From IMG/VR virus record IMGVR_UViG_3300022879_000001: a stretch of 64,000 nt of DNA. One strand, written 5' to 3'. Shown here piece by piece: positions 31,655-42,914 of the stretch. This stretch comes from an uncultured virus (IMG/VR IMGVR_UViG_3300022879_000001) (taxonomy: Duplodnaviria; Heunggongvirae; Uroviricota; Caudoviricetes). Under the pieces are notes generated by a model. It was not told where the DNA came from, searched no databases, and saw nothing but the letters and a program-made list of their open reading frames with translations. The number at the start of each line of letters is the position of its first letter. Position 1 is the stretch's first letter. Both the position numbers and the translations under genes were made by a program.

Positions 31655-33451
31655 TTAGAAGTATACTAACGCATCATCGTCATCATCAAATGTATTATCC
31701 TCAATCTCTTTCTCTAAAAATAAAAAGATATAATAAAGTCCATATACCAATGCAGAATATTTATCCTTATCTATCTTTTTTAGAGTTTGCTCAACAGTAA
31801 TAGATTTACTTGTAGTTTTTAACTTTAAGTTGGAGATCTCATCTATTAAATGTTGAGTATGTAATCTAGCTCTTTCTTCATCTATTAGGTTATCGTCACC
31901 ATAAACAGAGCTTTTCTTAATATTATCGTTAACTTTTAATAATTTAAGACGTTCAGTTTCTACATAGTCAATGAAAACACGGATAATGTCTCCGTTTATT
32001 CCAGAAGATATTAAGTCGTACACGATTTCTATTGCATTCTCTACATCTGGTTTTTGATCAGTATTAATAGTGTTAAAGCATCCAAGTTCATTATTTGTTT
32101 CGGGATCAGTTACATCTTCTAATAGTCTATCAATAAGTCCCTTACCTAATCCATTACCATCTACAACTACTGCTTTCACTCTAGACTTACTTAAATCTTG
32201 ATTTCCACCATATTTATAGAACAGTTTTTTGATAACTATACTTTGTTCCTTAAATGTTAATCCATTTGGAGGTTCTATAATATTTACTAATTGAATTTGA
32301 CGAATTAACCCTTTTGGATTTCTAATTATCTTTAATACTACAATTGCTGTTTTATTATTACTTTGAGCAGAAGAACGAGCTACATCGACACCTATTACAT
32401 ACTCATTTAATAAGAAGTTCCCTCGACTATCTTTAGGACATTCTAATTCCACTTTAGTAAGTGTACGCAAACTTAACAATTTACTTATATTAACCAAGGC
32501 TCCGTCAGTAGTTCCGACCCAACGGCTTTCATAGTTCATTGCAAAAGCCGTTGCAGAAGTGGTAGGGTCATTCTTCTTAGCTAATAATTGATTTCTAGTT
32601 TCTCCACGTCCGTAATGACAAGGTAATTCCCAACTTGCTCCCAATACAATTTTACCTTTTAGTTCAGCCATTTCTTTAATCATATTTAATATACGATTAA
32701 ACTCATCAGAGCCACGATAACCGGACGTTGTTACGTAATTGATCATTCCATTCAATTCATATGGACTAACTACAGCCTGTTCTCCTATTGTTCTTCTTGG
32801 TACATTTACTACAGGCTCTAAGACATCTTTAAACAATTCGTTATTTAGTAGCGCTGATTCTTCGCAATTCAATCTGTGTCTACGCTGACCCTTTGTACTT
32901 TGTGCATTAGCAAGTATTGAGTAGGTTCCTCCAGACTTGAACATAACCTCTACGCTATCTTTAGAAAAACTCGCTTTAGTTATTTCATTCAGTAACAAAG
33001 GGAATTTTCTAATCAATTCTCGATGTTTATCTTCGCTTATAGACGCAGCATTTTCTTTGGTTTGTGCTGACATTGACAGATTTATATCAGCAAAGAAGCA
33101 AGCAGTATGATAAATAGACATTAACTCGATCATCGTTTTACCGAATCCTCGAGGGAATACTCCATATGTACTTATAAATCTACTCATACATCTTAAGAAT
33201 ACTCGTTGATCTAAATCTAATCTCATTCCGCCTTTTTCGGGCTTTATCAAGTCATACCATAAGTCTGGATACCATCTAGCCCATTGTACGAACTCTACCC
33301 ATGTGCCAAAATTATCATTGAATGAGTCTTTCTTTAATTCATTTACTTTTACTTGTGAATTAAATTCAGGGTTATCGCTTGTACGAGAAGATTCTCTGGA
33401 GTGTTTAAAATTATCACTTTGGAAATTTTTATAACTACTCATCTTTATCAC
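31655..33451 (-). CDS. terminase large subunit (YonF-like)
   Basis: Walker A PRGFGKT; Walker B-like LNCEES; nuclease motifs IGVDVAR, VDGNGLG, KDKYSAL. Confidence 0.92.
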   Translation of the reverse strand: MIKMSSYKNFQSDNFKHSRESSRTSDNPEFNSQVKVNELKKDSFNDNFGTWVEFVQWARWYPDLWYDLIKPEKGGMRLDLDQRVFLRCMSRFISTYGVFPRGFGKTMIELMSIYHTACFFADINLSMSAQTKENAASISEDKHRELIRKFPLLLNEITKASFSKDSVEVMFKSGGTYSILANAQSTKGQRRHRLNCEESALLNNELFKDVLEPVVNVPRRTIGEQAVVSPYELNGMINYVTTSGYRGSDEFNRILNMIKEMAELKGKIVLGASWELPCHYGRGETRNQLLAKKNDPTTSATAFAMNYESRWVGTTDGALVNISKLLSLRTLTKVELECPKDSRGNFLLNEYVIGVDVARSSAQSNNKTAIVVLKIIRNPKGLIRQIQLVNIIEPPNGLTFKEQSIVIKKLFYKYGGNQDLSKSRVKAVVVDGNGLGKGLIDRLLEDVTDPETNNELGCFNTINTDQKPDVENAIEIVYDLISSGINGDIIRVFIDYVETERLKLLKVNDNIKKSSVYGDDNLIDEERARLHTQHLIDEISNLKLKTTSKSITVEQTLKKIDKDKYSALVYGLYYIFLFLEKEIEDNTFDDDDDALVYF

Positions 33452-34358
33452 CAGTATTCAACTGATTATCAAGCTTAGTACTTTCGTAATCCTTTTTACG
33501 ATCTTCATAGAATTGATATATCTCTTCATATTCAGCAGGTGGCATTCCTTGTAAATCTCGAATATAATTTATGTATAACCACAGAGTGACATCTACGTCA
33601 TCTTTTGGCTGTTTTATAAATTTCGGTAGTAATGGTATTATATCTTGATGCTCTTCCACCATGCGAGACAGCTGTCCAAATCCGTCTAACCCTTGAGATA
33701 AATCAGATTTACTCATTTGAGAGGGTTTTAACTTACCTGCTTCAGCAGATTCTTTAGCCATAGCAGACCATTCTTTAGCTTCTTTAAATTCACCCTTAGC
33801 TTTAGCAATGGTTTCTTTAACCTTATTAACGCAATATTCACGTAAATATTCTTCGTGCATTGTGGTAGGGAGTTGAAAACTTGGTTTTAAATTTATAAAT
33901 TTCTTTTCAAAAAGCACATATTCTTCATCAGGATAGCCGTATCCATACTTTTCTTTTAATTCACTTAATAAAGTATCATCAATATTTTCAATTGACAAAG
34001 TGTCACCATGTACTGTTTCATTTTCTTTATCTTCTTTTTCGAAAATACTCTGTTCCCATGTATCATGCCTATAATCTTTAGCATTGATAAGTTTAAAGTA
34101 TTCACCTATAACGTCTGGTTTGGTTAATGCAGATTCAAATAAATGAATATTGAAAGGTTTATCTACCATTCTTAAAATGTTTTTTACGCTTTCGACATCA
34201 TTTATGTTGGACTCTTTCTTCAGACAAGCTTTGCAAACTCTAAGACGCTCATCGATTTTATCTAATGGGCTATATGACTTATAATAGTCAGTTAACCTTT
34301 TACTATCTCCGCACATGGAACAGTTTTTATATTTATCTTTATCTAAAATAGTAGACAA
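33435..34358 (-). CDS. YonG-like Zn-finger protein, candidate terminase small subunit
   Basis: CSMC...CKAC; overlaps the terminase start. Confidence 0.6.
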   Translation of the reverse strand: MSTILDKDKYKNCSMCGDSKRLTDYYKSYSPLDKIDERLRVCKACLKKESNINDVESVKNILRMVDKPFNIHLFESALTKPDVIGEYFKLINAKDYRHDTWEQSIFEKEDKENETVHGDTLSIENIDDTLLSELKEKYGYGYPDEEYVLFEKKFINLKPSFQLPTTMHEEYLREYCVNKVKETIAKAKGEFKEAKEWSAMAKESAEAGKLKPSQMSKSDLSQGLDGFGQLSRMVEEHQDIIPLLPKFIKQPKDDVDVTLWLYINYIRDLQGMPPAEYEEIYQFYEDRKKDYESTKLDNQLNTGDKDE

Positions 34359-34512
34359 ATATAATTCACCTCATTCCAATTATTCACTTAAAAATAAGTG
34401 TAATTGTGTATTATTTTAAATAAAATAACCGTTTTAATAAATTTTTAAATTGTTGTATGTATACAAAAGTAGTGAATTTAATTTCAAATATTAAATTTTT
34501 CATATGCATCAC

Positions 34513-35730
34513 CTATTTAAAACGAATATCATATGTATTAGATTTCCCGTAACCTTCTTCAAAAATGGTAATAAGTGTACCTGCATTAGCTGTCTTTTTA
34601 AGTTTTAGACTGTATGAATTAAATCCACAGATAGCAGGGGATTGTACATGTTCAATATTCTGTAATCCGTCCATACCGATTACTTTATTATGTAAATGAT
34701 GTAGATGTCCTGTCTTCAACATATGTACTTTCACATCATAAATCATCATATAATCTTTAATTGACGACTCTAAATTTTTCTCATCTTGACCATGTGTGCA
34801 AAGTAATTTAGTACCTAAAACGTCAAAGTAGATGATATTATTAGCATCATATATTGTAATTCTTTTATTTTCATGCAGTCTTGTCTTTAAATACCATACA
34901 ACTAAACGTTCCATATTTTCTTGAGGAAGTTCTCCACGAGAACTATTTAAATATCTATTTTCAGAGTGATTTCCTAACACTGAACGATATTCAATTGTCA
35001 CGTATTCAGACAAGGCGTTTAACCATTCGCTCATAAATTCAGCAAAGAACATAACTTGATCTGCTACACCTAATTGTTGATACTGCAATTGATTCATGTG
35101 TATTAATCCGTCAATCGAATCTGATAAGTTTAATACGGTAGCGTGAGTCAATTTTTCTTTATCAATAATTGCAATTGTACGTTCTAACAGTTCCCACATA
35201 CGACGTTTAAATATTTCTATACTGTATTCTGAAATAGCTTCATTATTAAATCCTGTAATCTTCCATTGACTACCTACATGAGCATCGGCAATATCAATAA
35301 TAGCTGTGCGTTTACTGTTGTGTTCTTTGATTTGAATTTCAGGTACTTGAATAGGGGAGAGGTTTGTAATTGCTTGTTCGATTTTCTCATACACGTTCTC
35401 AGCACGAGCCTGTTCACGTATCCATTTATTCAACTCATTCTTTTCAGAAGACAATTTATTACGTTCCTTTTGCAATTCTAGCTTTTTAACAGTAAGTTTA
35501 TCTAATTCTGAATCATCCACATGTTTAGATAAGATATAATCTTTCCATTTTGCATATTGAGCATAATCCTTACGCCATTTAGATTCTGAATAATTTACAC
35601 CATATTCTTTATTAAGTATTTCAGCCAATTCATTTGAATCTAATTCATGTATAGTCATATCCTCAAATAAACGCACATGGTAATCCTCAAGTGTTTCTGT
35701 ATTTTTACGTTTTAAATCATAAGAAGTCAT
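34513..35730 (-). CDS. metallophosphoesterase (YonJ-like)
   Basis: DAHVG, SDSIDG, GNH, THG, GHLHH calcineurin-like motifs. Confidence 0.88.
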   Translation of the reverse strand: MTSYDLKRKNTETLEDYHVRLFEDMTIHELDSNELAEILNKEYGVNYSESKWRKDYAQYAKWKDYILSKHVDDSELDKLTVKKLELQKERNKLSSEKNELNKWIREQARAENVYEKIEQAITNLSPIQVPEIQIKEHNSKRTAIIDIADAHVGSQWKITGFNNEAISEYSIEIFKRRMWELLERTIAIIDKEKLTHATVLNLSDSIDGLIHMNQLQYQQLGVADQVMFFAEFMSEWLNALSEYVTIEYRSVLGNHSENRYLNSSRGELPQENMERLVVWYLKTRLHENKRITIYDANNIIYFDVLGTKLLCTHGQDEKNLESSIKDYMMIYDVKVHMLKTGHLHHLHNKVIGMDGLQNIEHVQSPAICGFNSYSLKLKKTANAGTLITIFEEGYGKSNTYDIRFK

Positions 35731-35741
35731 TCAATCACCCC

Positions 35742-35951
35742 TTAATCTTCAATTGGTTCTAAATCTTTGTCTTCTTTAATAGTAAATGATGCATTTTTAC
35801 CATCAAATTCGCTTAATTTATCAGTAATATTAAATTTTTCCTCAATAGCTGTCTTTGTAACTGTGTCTTTTTTAGATTCAGTAATGAAGATTTGTCCATT
35901 TTCTACACTTACTAATCCTTTATAACTTACTTGTCCTGAATATTTTGCCAT
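35742..35951 (-). CDS. YonK-like small protein
   Basis: 69 aa; 'LSEFDGKNASFTIKE'; synteny between HU and YonJ. Confidence 0.7.
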   Translation of the reverse strand: MAKYSGQVSYKGLVSVENGQIFITESKKDTVTKTAIEEKFNITDKLSEFDGKNASFTIKEDKDLEPIED

Positions 35952-36150
35952 AATTTATCATCCTTTTCTCCATATAATCAAAAGTACAAAAATAATCCTA
36001 TCTGCAAAATTCTAATGAACTAATTGTCCTGTTTTTACAGATAGGATTATTTAATTAAAATTTAATTAATAGAGACGAGTAGGGGAGAACCCTACCACTA
36101 ACTCCATTTTGTATTTAAAATGTCTGTATTAATTTGCTATGTATTAAAAA

Positions 36151-36453
36151 TTAACCTTTTAGTAAATCTTTCAACTTTTTATGAGTTTTTAATCCTACTG
36201 CACGTTGTTCAGCAATTTGAATTTCTTCGCCAGTCTGAGGATTACGACCTTTGCGAGCTGATCGAACTCGTGGTTCTAAGTCTGCATAAGCACCTAATTT
36301 TACAGTTTCGCCATTATTCACTCGTTCAAAAATTGCATCTACAAACTCTTCTACAATTTCTTTACTTTCTTTAACTTTAACTGTAATTCCTTTTGCTTCT
36401 AAAATCCCTTGTAAGTCTTTACCTAATTCTTGAGTGTTAATTTTAATTGTCAT
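36151..36453 (-). CDS. HU-family DNA-binding protein (YonN-like)
   Basis: ARKGRNPQTGEEIQI signature. Confidence 0.95.
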   Translation of the reverse strand: MTIKINTQELGKDLQGILEAKGITVKVKESKEIVEEFVDAIFERVNNGETVKLGAYADLEPRVRSARKGRNPQTGEEIQIAEQRAVGLKTHKKLKDLLKG

Positions 36454-36592
36454 AATTTAATTTCTCCTATTCTCCGTTTAAATTTGTATTATGTATTTAT
36501 TTAATTTGATAGCTTTATTCTCTATCATATATACGATTTGTCATCGAAGCTTGAAGTCGTTGGGAGAGTAAGCTTCAGTGAACTAGTCAGCT

Positions 36593-37408
36593 TTATAACA
36601 TTTTATTTCTGTATCTTTTCATATTAACTTTCACTTGATTGTTAAAAACCTTAGTAGAGCAAGCGTTGCAATATTTCTTATTTCCATTAGTTACTCTAAT
36701 TAACTTTCCACATTCAGAACAATCTTTAACTTTCTTACTTCCATAATAAAATTCATAAGATAATCCAATATTATCGAAATCAATCACTTCTAATACAACA
36801 ACATCATCATCTCCAATTTCTTTTAAAAATAACAATTCCAATGACAAGCGATTTGTAGTGCGAGTTAGTCCATCATCATTAAATTGTTTAATTGTTTTAT
36901 GTATTCCTTTTTCACGATATGTACGAGTTAGTTTTTCATTTAAAGTGTCCATTAATGACTTGTAGCTGTATTCTCCAGAACCACCGAAGTAATTACTTTT
37001 AAAATCATTGCCGCGCATCTTTGTTCTAGTATTATTTAATTTGTTGATTACAATTAACGAAAAAATAATCTTCTTATCTAACTCTTCATATTCTAAAGAC
37101 TCAATAAATTTCATTTCATTCTTAGTAACTTCAATTGATTCAATTTGAATTAATACGCTATCATCCTTAAAAGCATAAGCAACTGCATTATCAATCATCT
37201 TATAGTGTCTTACTTTGTTAAACCAACCTTTACATTTCTTTTCACAAAATTCATACAGTGATTTCTCAACATTTATCTTATCTTGACCGATATGTTTATA
37301 GTATTTAGCTAAAATCTTCAAATCGCTTCTAATTCCACTGTCTAATTTACTCTTTTTTAATAGTTCTTCTATGTACTCTTTTTCTTTAAAGTATTTATTC
37401 ATACTCAT
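36593..37408 (-). CDS. hypothetical protein with C-terminal Zn finger, coupled to the RNA polymerase gene
   Basis: CSEC...CNAC; TAATG overlap with the polymerase stop. Confidence 0.7.
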   Translation of the reverse strand: MSMNKYFKEKEYIEELLKKSKLDSGIRSDLKILAKYYKHIGQDKINVEKSLYEFCEKKCKGWFNKVRHYKMIDNAVAYAFKDDSVLIQIESIEVTKNEMKFIESLEYEELDKKIIFSLIVINKLNNTRTKMRGNDFKSNYFGGSGEYSYKSLMDTLNEKLTRTYREKGIHKTIKQFNDDGLTRTTNRLSLELLFLKEIGDDDVVVLEVIDFDNIGLSYEFYYGSKKVKDCSECGKLIRVTNGNKKYCNACSTKVFNNQVKVNMKRYRNKML

Positions 37409-40191
37409 TAAAAAATCTCCACCTTTTTAACAGTATATTTTTTATTTAAATATTCAATTTCTCCGTCATCATCTTGAATAGGTAGGTATAAGTGACCTTT
37501 TTCATTCACTAAATTTTGTACAATTTCTTCTCCGAATATCGACCACATTACATCTTTGTTAGATGTTTTGTTATCATCGTAAAACATATAAATCACATAG
37601 TTCATTAGCTCTTTCTCATTACTGCACACTTTCAATAGCTCAATTTTTAATTTCTCGCGAAAAACATTTATATCTTGTGCAATATTTTCATCATATGTAG
37701 TTTTAATAATTTCTTGTGAGTTGCTCATTTCATTACGAACCATCGAATTAAATTTCGAATACTCTTTTTTAACTTTTTTATATGTAGTTTGATTGAACTC
37801 AACACCTTTATTCATAAATGATTCATGAATATCTAACTCATCATCGAGTTTCAGCAGTTTTTTTATTTCAAAATCAACCGACTCAATACGTTTACAAATC
37901 CTATTCATTACACAGTCAGACTCGATTACTGGTGATCTACGATAAAATTCATCCATGAAAGATAATTGCTCATCATTCTTACGATTAATACCTTTTAGTT
38001 CTGACAATGATATTCCTAATCGCTGTAAAGAGAGTATTTCGTATTTCTTAACATGTTCTTTGTATTTCTTTTTTGTATTACTGTATAAATGAATAAAGAA
38101 GTATGGGTGTTTATCAAGTAAGATTCTATTATTTAATTCACGTTCATATTTTTCTTGCTCTGTTTCTTCTTTATCTTTAGGAGGAGATTGATAATTAACC
38201 CATTTAGGAACAATTCCTTTAACTTCTTGACCAATCTTAGTTTTATCAATTTGTGCAGATTGAGCCTTTGTAATTGATTTAATTCTTTTTAATGTTATAT
38301 TGTATTCCTCTGATTCAGGAGGCAAGCTAGCTAACAAGGCATATCCAGAAGTTGATTTATTAGTTAACCCACCTATAATACTATTAAAGCTAAATGTATC
38401 AGCTTTATATAAATCATCTTCTACAGGAATTATCTTAGAAGGTTTAGGAGCGTCATATATGACTGGTAACTCTTCACGGTAAACTCCTTTGATTACAGAT
38501 TTATCAGATGTTGTAGCAATAATATCGTAATCAAAGTCACTACCTGCAAATCTATCAGTTTCATTGCCATGAGCATTAAGTATAATTCCACTGTAGCAAT
38601 ACTTATACCATTTTTCAGTAGCTTCATTCTTAATTAAATTTAGCAATACATGTTCACTGCGATAGGTAAGAGGGCTACGACTAGCTACAACTTTTTTAAC
38701 ATTACGTTCATTCCAGTAGTTGCTGTAATGTTCGCCTTCTGCAAGCAATCCTTTAACTTCTTTGCCACAAACAGCTTCCATCATGGCGAATGGATCAGAT
38801 ACAATAACTTGAAAGTTTCCGTCTACAATGATTTGTCCTAATGAAGCGTTTTGAATCTTCTTTCTGAGCATATTGTAGATTTTATTTCTTATGTACTTAT
38901 CTCTAATTAATCTAGGCTCAACAATCAAAGATTTTATCCAACTAGCACTCTTACTATTTAAGAAATTTTTGAACTTTTCTTCATCTGCATTTAATCCAAC
39001 AAGAAATAGCATTGTATAATAAATATTTTCAGAAGTAACACCTTTAATCCATTTAACAAACTTATCTGTGATTTCAGCTACATCATTATCATCTAAATTC
39101 AAGGTTTGTAGAAATTGATAATTTTGATAGAAGAATGTTTTATCGTATTTAGGAGCGTATAAGCTAACTCCCCATGATAAATTGTTCTTTTCACAGCATT
39201 GATTGTAATGTTCTGCTGAATTCCAACTATCCCATAATTTTAACTGTGACTCAGTTATTATTACATCTACATCTCTTAAATCAACCATTATATTGTCTTC
39301 ATTTTCATCTTTATAGATAGACTTAATCATATAATTGCCTTCATTATATTCTTTAACCCATTCATGTATATCAAATACCGTGAGCATCCCTTTTAGAAAA
39401 CTACCTCTAATGCAGAATTGAGAAGGAATGTAATCTATACCTAATTCATTAGACCACTTTTCAGCTTGTTTAGGTGTTATTAATCCTTGACCATCAAAAC
39501 GATTAAACATTTTTGTTATAGACTTATTTTCTTCAATTAAATCATCCTCACTATAATCTGTTTCTGTTACAAAGTTGACATTGAACGTAGTTGGACTTTC
39601 AAAATCTTTCACTACACAGAACTTAGGAGTGGAAACTTTATGTCTAGAGCTTCCATACAACCCCCTGTAAGCATTCAACTTAGCAGGGGAGATAGGGACA
39701 TTTAAATTTCTGCCATTATCTGTACGCTTTCTTAATTCATCAAATACAGTTTCAGCGATAAATAGTACAGTATCTACTCTTGATTGAGATGCACTTGAAT
39801 TAAACCTTTTGTATTTTATACCATTAATTAATACTCCTTTTTTATAAAGACGATTATATTGAGATTTGTTATTCATTTTAATAGTGATATATTCTGGAAC
39901 AAACATTAATTCATTTAGTTCTAACTGCAATGTCTTAAGTTTTTCTCCATTTCCATCATTACTTTCTAGACTTTTTATATTATGTATTTCTTTATTTATA
40001 GAATTAATCTTCTTTACATCAACATGACGATCAGTTATATCTAAAATACAGTCTACTAATTGATTTTCGAATATAGAAACTAACTCTTTATTTCTAATAG
40101 CCTCATCTATATCGATTTGTATATCATAATCAAACTTCTTCAATCTGTCTGACTCGAATTTCATTGTTAAATATTGCATTTGTTTGTGCAA
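37408..40191 (-). CDS. single-subunit two-barrel (RdRP-like) RNA polymerase, YonO family
   Basis: DGQGLI, RGSFLKGML, RSP and GSDFDYD (DxDxD) motifs; upstream of HU-yonK-yonJ as in SPbeta. Confidence 0.85.
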   Translation of the reverse strand: MHKQMQYLTMKFESDRLKKFDYDIQIDIDEAIRNKELVSIFENQLVDCILDITDRHVDVKKINSINKEIHNIKSLESNDGNGEKLKTLQLELNELMFVPEYITIKMNNKSQYNRLYKKGVLINGIKYKRFNSSASQSRVDTVLFIAETVFDELRKRTDNGRNLNVPISPAKLNAYRGLYGSSRHKVSTPKFCVVKDFESPTTFNVNFVTETDYSEDDLIEENKSITKMFNRFDGQGLITPKQAEKWSNELGIDYIPSQFCIRGSFLKGMLTVFDIHEWVKEYNEGNYMIKSIYKDENEDNIMVDLRDVDVIITESQLKLWDSWNSAEHYNQCCEKNNLSWGVSLYAPKYDKTFFYQNYQFLQTLNLDDNDVAEITDKFVKWIKGVTSENIYYTMLFLVGLNADEEKFKNFLNSKSASWIKSLIVEPRLIRDKYIRNKIYNMLRKKIQNASLGQIIVDGNFQVIVSDPFAMMEAVCGKEVKGLLAEGEHYSNYWNERNVKKVVASRSPLTYRSEHVLLNLIKNEATEKWYKYCYSGIILNAHGNETDRFAGSDFDYDIIATTSDKSVIKGVYREELPVIYDAPKPSKIIPVEDDLYKADTFSFNSIIGGLTNKSTSGYALLASLPPESEEYNITLKRIKSITKAQSAQIDKTKIGQEVKGIVPKWVNYQSPPKDKEETEQEKYERELNNRILLDKHPYFFIHLYSNTKKKYKEHVKKYEILSLQRLGISLSELKGINRKNDEQLSFMDEFYRRSPVIESDCVMNRICKRIESVDFEIKKLLKLDDELDIHESFMNKGVEFNQTTYKKVKKEYSKFNSMVRNEMSNSQEIIKTTYDENIAQDINVFREKLKIELLKVCSNEKELMNYVIYMFYDDNKTSNKDVMWSIFGEEIVQNLVNEKGHLYLPIQDDDGEIEYLNKKYTVKKVEIF

Positions 40192-40217
40192 CTAATCAAC
40201 CTCCGTTAAAAAAATGT

Positions 40218-41615
40218 CTATTTATTTTGTTTGCGTTTTTGACGACATGATTTACATCGTTTAGGTAGGTGCAGTCCTTTTGACTTAAAATAATCAAATT
40301 CACTCAATTTAATACTAAATTCATTTGAACATTCATTGCATGTTAAATCCGAAAGTTTAGTATTAAACAAATAATTTTCAGAAATTATTTTAAAAGAAGC
40401 TTCTTTAAGATTACTTCCTTTATAAATTACTTCACGCTCCATGTATCTAGGATATCTTCTAAGGATAATATTGGTTTTAAAATCTATAGTATAATGCTTT
40501 GTTGTTTTATTTGAATATATAGATATATCACAATCATGTTCACCTTTATAACTACTTTGGAATTGGTTATATTCTATAACTATATTATTGACTTCGATTT
40601 TTGAATTCAAATAACATCTTAAATCATTCATGAAATTAAATTTATTATATGCATCTTCTAAGCCCTCTTTTGTCATGTCTATATATTGAGAAATGCGCAA
40701 TTTGTTTAAATTTGAACCAAACGTAATTGCTGGCATGTAATCATATCTAATTTTAACGTTTATTAAATTTAGAAAGTTGTCATCTTCGATTATTGTACTT
40801 ATATATTCTTTAGTTTCATTCAATATTTTACTTCTATATTCAGTTAGAATATTAGTACATTTCTTCTTTTTTAATATTTTTTCAATTATATCCCTCATAT
40901 CTCCGTTTCTTAATATATCTTTCAAATACCTTAAATCATTAATATTTATTTCGCCCGTATTATATTTAATCAAATCTTCCCAAAACCAATCTAACTTCTT
41001 AACTAATTCGATATCATATCTATCATTCTGCTTCATTTCTTCTTTTATCTTACCGATAGTATTATAATATCCACCATCACGCTTATTAAAATTGAAGCAT
41101 TTACTGTCATAATACAAAGCTTTAAATTCTTTAATATTACTTTCATTGGTTAGAGATTGAATATCCACTTCAACAACAATCTTATCTAACTCAATCCAAC
41201 GATCAATGTAGTCTTGTACTTTCTTTTTATTGGTATTAGCCATTTCAAAAACAATTTCATTCCCACATTCCGTTTCAACAACTACGTCTGGTCTATACGT
41301 ACCTGAATCTAATTGATAGGTAACTTCAGTTTTATAATCCTTACATGTAAAAGTGTGCTTATCATCTGAAATGATAGTAAAGGTATCTCCACGTTCAATA
41401 AATCCATGCTTCATCCAAAAGTGTATAAATGATTCACCTGTACATTTATTTCTATCAATATGTGCGAAGTGGGGAGTAATTTGTTTTGATTCTAATGCTT
41501 TTGGAATTACTTCGCTATTACAAATAGGACATGTATATGTATTTTCATTATTTGAATTTATAATTGTTGTAATCTCACCATGATTGTCTCTTGCAAACCA
41601 TAGATTTACATTCAT
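40218..41615 (-). CDS. CoiA-like PD-(D/E)xK nuclease with C-terminal zinc ribbon
   Basis: CPIC...HFAH; RPDVVVE...VFEM; CNEC...FKSKGLHLPKRCKSC. Confidence 0.7.
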   Translation of the reverse strand: MNVNLWFARDNHGEITTIINSNNENTYTCPICNSEVIPKALESKQITPHFAHIDRNKCTGESFIHFWMKHGFIERGDTFTIISDDKHTFTCKDYKTEVTYQLDSGTYRPDVVVETECGNEIVFEMANTNKKKVQDYIDRWIELDKIVVEVDIQSLTNESNIKEFKALYYDSKCFNFNKRDGGYYNTIGKIKEEMKQNDRYDIELVKKLDWFWEDLIKYNTGEININDLRYLKDILRNGDMRDIIEKILKKKKCTNILTEYRSKILNETKEYISTIIEDDNFLNLINVKIRYDYMPAITFGSNLNKLRISQYIDMTKEGLEDAYNKFNFMNDLRCYLNSKIEVNNIVIEYNQFQSSYKGEHDCDISIYSNKTTKHYTIDFKTNIILRRYPRYMEREVIYKGSNLKEASFKIISENYLFNTKLSDLTCNECSNEFSIKLSEFDYFKSKGLHLPKRCKSCRQKRKQNK

Positions 41616-41827
41616 TATGTTTTTCTCCTTATTTATTAAATTAATAATTATGTATTTAATATATTAATTTTAAAACTTAACTTCATAACAATTATGTATG
41701 CATTTTTAATTAATTCCAATTGATTTAACAAGACTTCATTCTTTTCTAATAGTAAGTGTTAAATCCTCTATAAAAGCGCTGTATTAATTCACAGCAATTC
41801 AATTTCCATACTTCATATGTATTCTTA

Positions 41828-42070
41828 TTAAAACTTTTCATTATGTAATTTACACATGTTATGTTTGATCTTCTTCAAAGAACTTTTCTTAACTTTACCA
41901 TACCACTTAATATCCTGATATGCTTCTAATTCATAATCCTCTACCATATCCATACTGATCATTTCTTCCAAGTAATACATGATCTCACTGTTACTAATGT
42001 TATCCTCCTTAGTCTTAGTCATTTCAAATACCACTTCATTAACTGCTTCATAGTTCTTCAATAATACCAA
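41828..42070 (-). CDS. small hypothetical protein
   Basis: AAGGAG RBS; promoter TTGATT...TGATATAAT at ~42097-42124. Confidence 0.6.
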   Translation of the reverse strand: MVLLKNYEAVNEVVFEMTKTKEDNISNSEIMYYLEEMISMDMVEDYELEAYQDIKWYGKVKKSSLKKIKHNMCKLHNEKF

Positions 42071-42457
42071 TCTCCTTTTTTATGTATTTAATTAAATTAT
42101 ATCACAACAGAACAAAAAATCAATCACTTTATGTATTTTGTTATTTAATTTGCGTTCTTAATTATATAATACTGCGAAACTTTCTAATCTACTAGTGAAG
42201 ATACAAAATAAATTTAAATAATAAAATACAAAACAATAATAAACTACACTTTTCTATTAAATGGTAAGAAAATTTGTCGAAAAGTGTAGAAATATAAAGA
42301 ATCAAATGGAATTCATATTTGAATTGTTGTATTATTTATAAATAGAAGATTGTCAGACCTTAAAAGATATTAAATATTTTAAACTTTATGCTTGTAATTT
42401 ATAGAAATGTTTCCAATAATTATTAATATAGTTTGGAAAGGGAAAGGAGCTATTTAT

Positions 42458-42658
42458 ATGAATACTGTAAAGAGGGTATATATAGAAAAAGATGAATCTG
42501 TTGAATCTGCATTACTTTTAGTTATAAGTAAGCTATCTATTAATGAACCTGAAGAATCTTTGAAATTATTAGCAATGTGTGCGAAAGATGATATACCAAA
42601 GAAAAATGTACTTGATTATGCATTGGATGTTGTAGAGAGGAGAAATTATTTAAGTTAG
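42458..42658 (+). CDS. small hypothetical protein (start MNTVKRV)
   Basis: GAAAGGAG RBS before the ATG at 42458. Confidence 0.55.
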   Translation: MNTVKRVYIEKDESVESALLLVISKLSINEPEESLKLLAMCAKDDIPKKNVLDYALDVVERRNYLS

Positions 42659-42914
42659 TCTAAGAACTGATTACATATCAATAATTTATTAAAAATGGTA
42701 AATGAATATTATAAGTTAACAACTATGAATTATTATGTTTAGTTAATTACCAAATAATTTGACTCGAAAAGACGATTTAAACTAAAAACATCATTACTCG
42801 TAAATAGATCTCATTTCAATAGAAGAAATGTAGAGTTTATAAGGTGATTGATGATAAATAGTCGTCTATTTTCGAGTTATTTTTGTGTTGGAGAAAAAGT
42901 GATAAAAACAGCTT

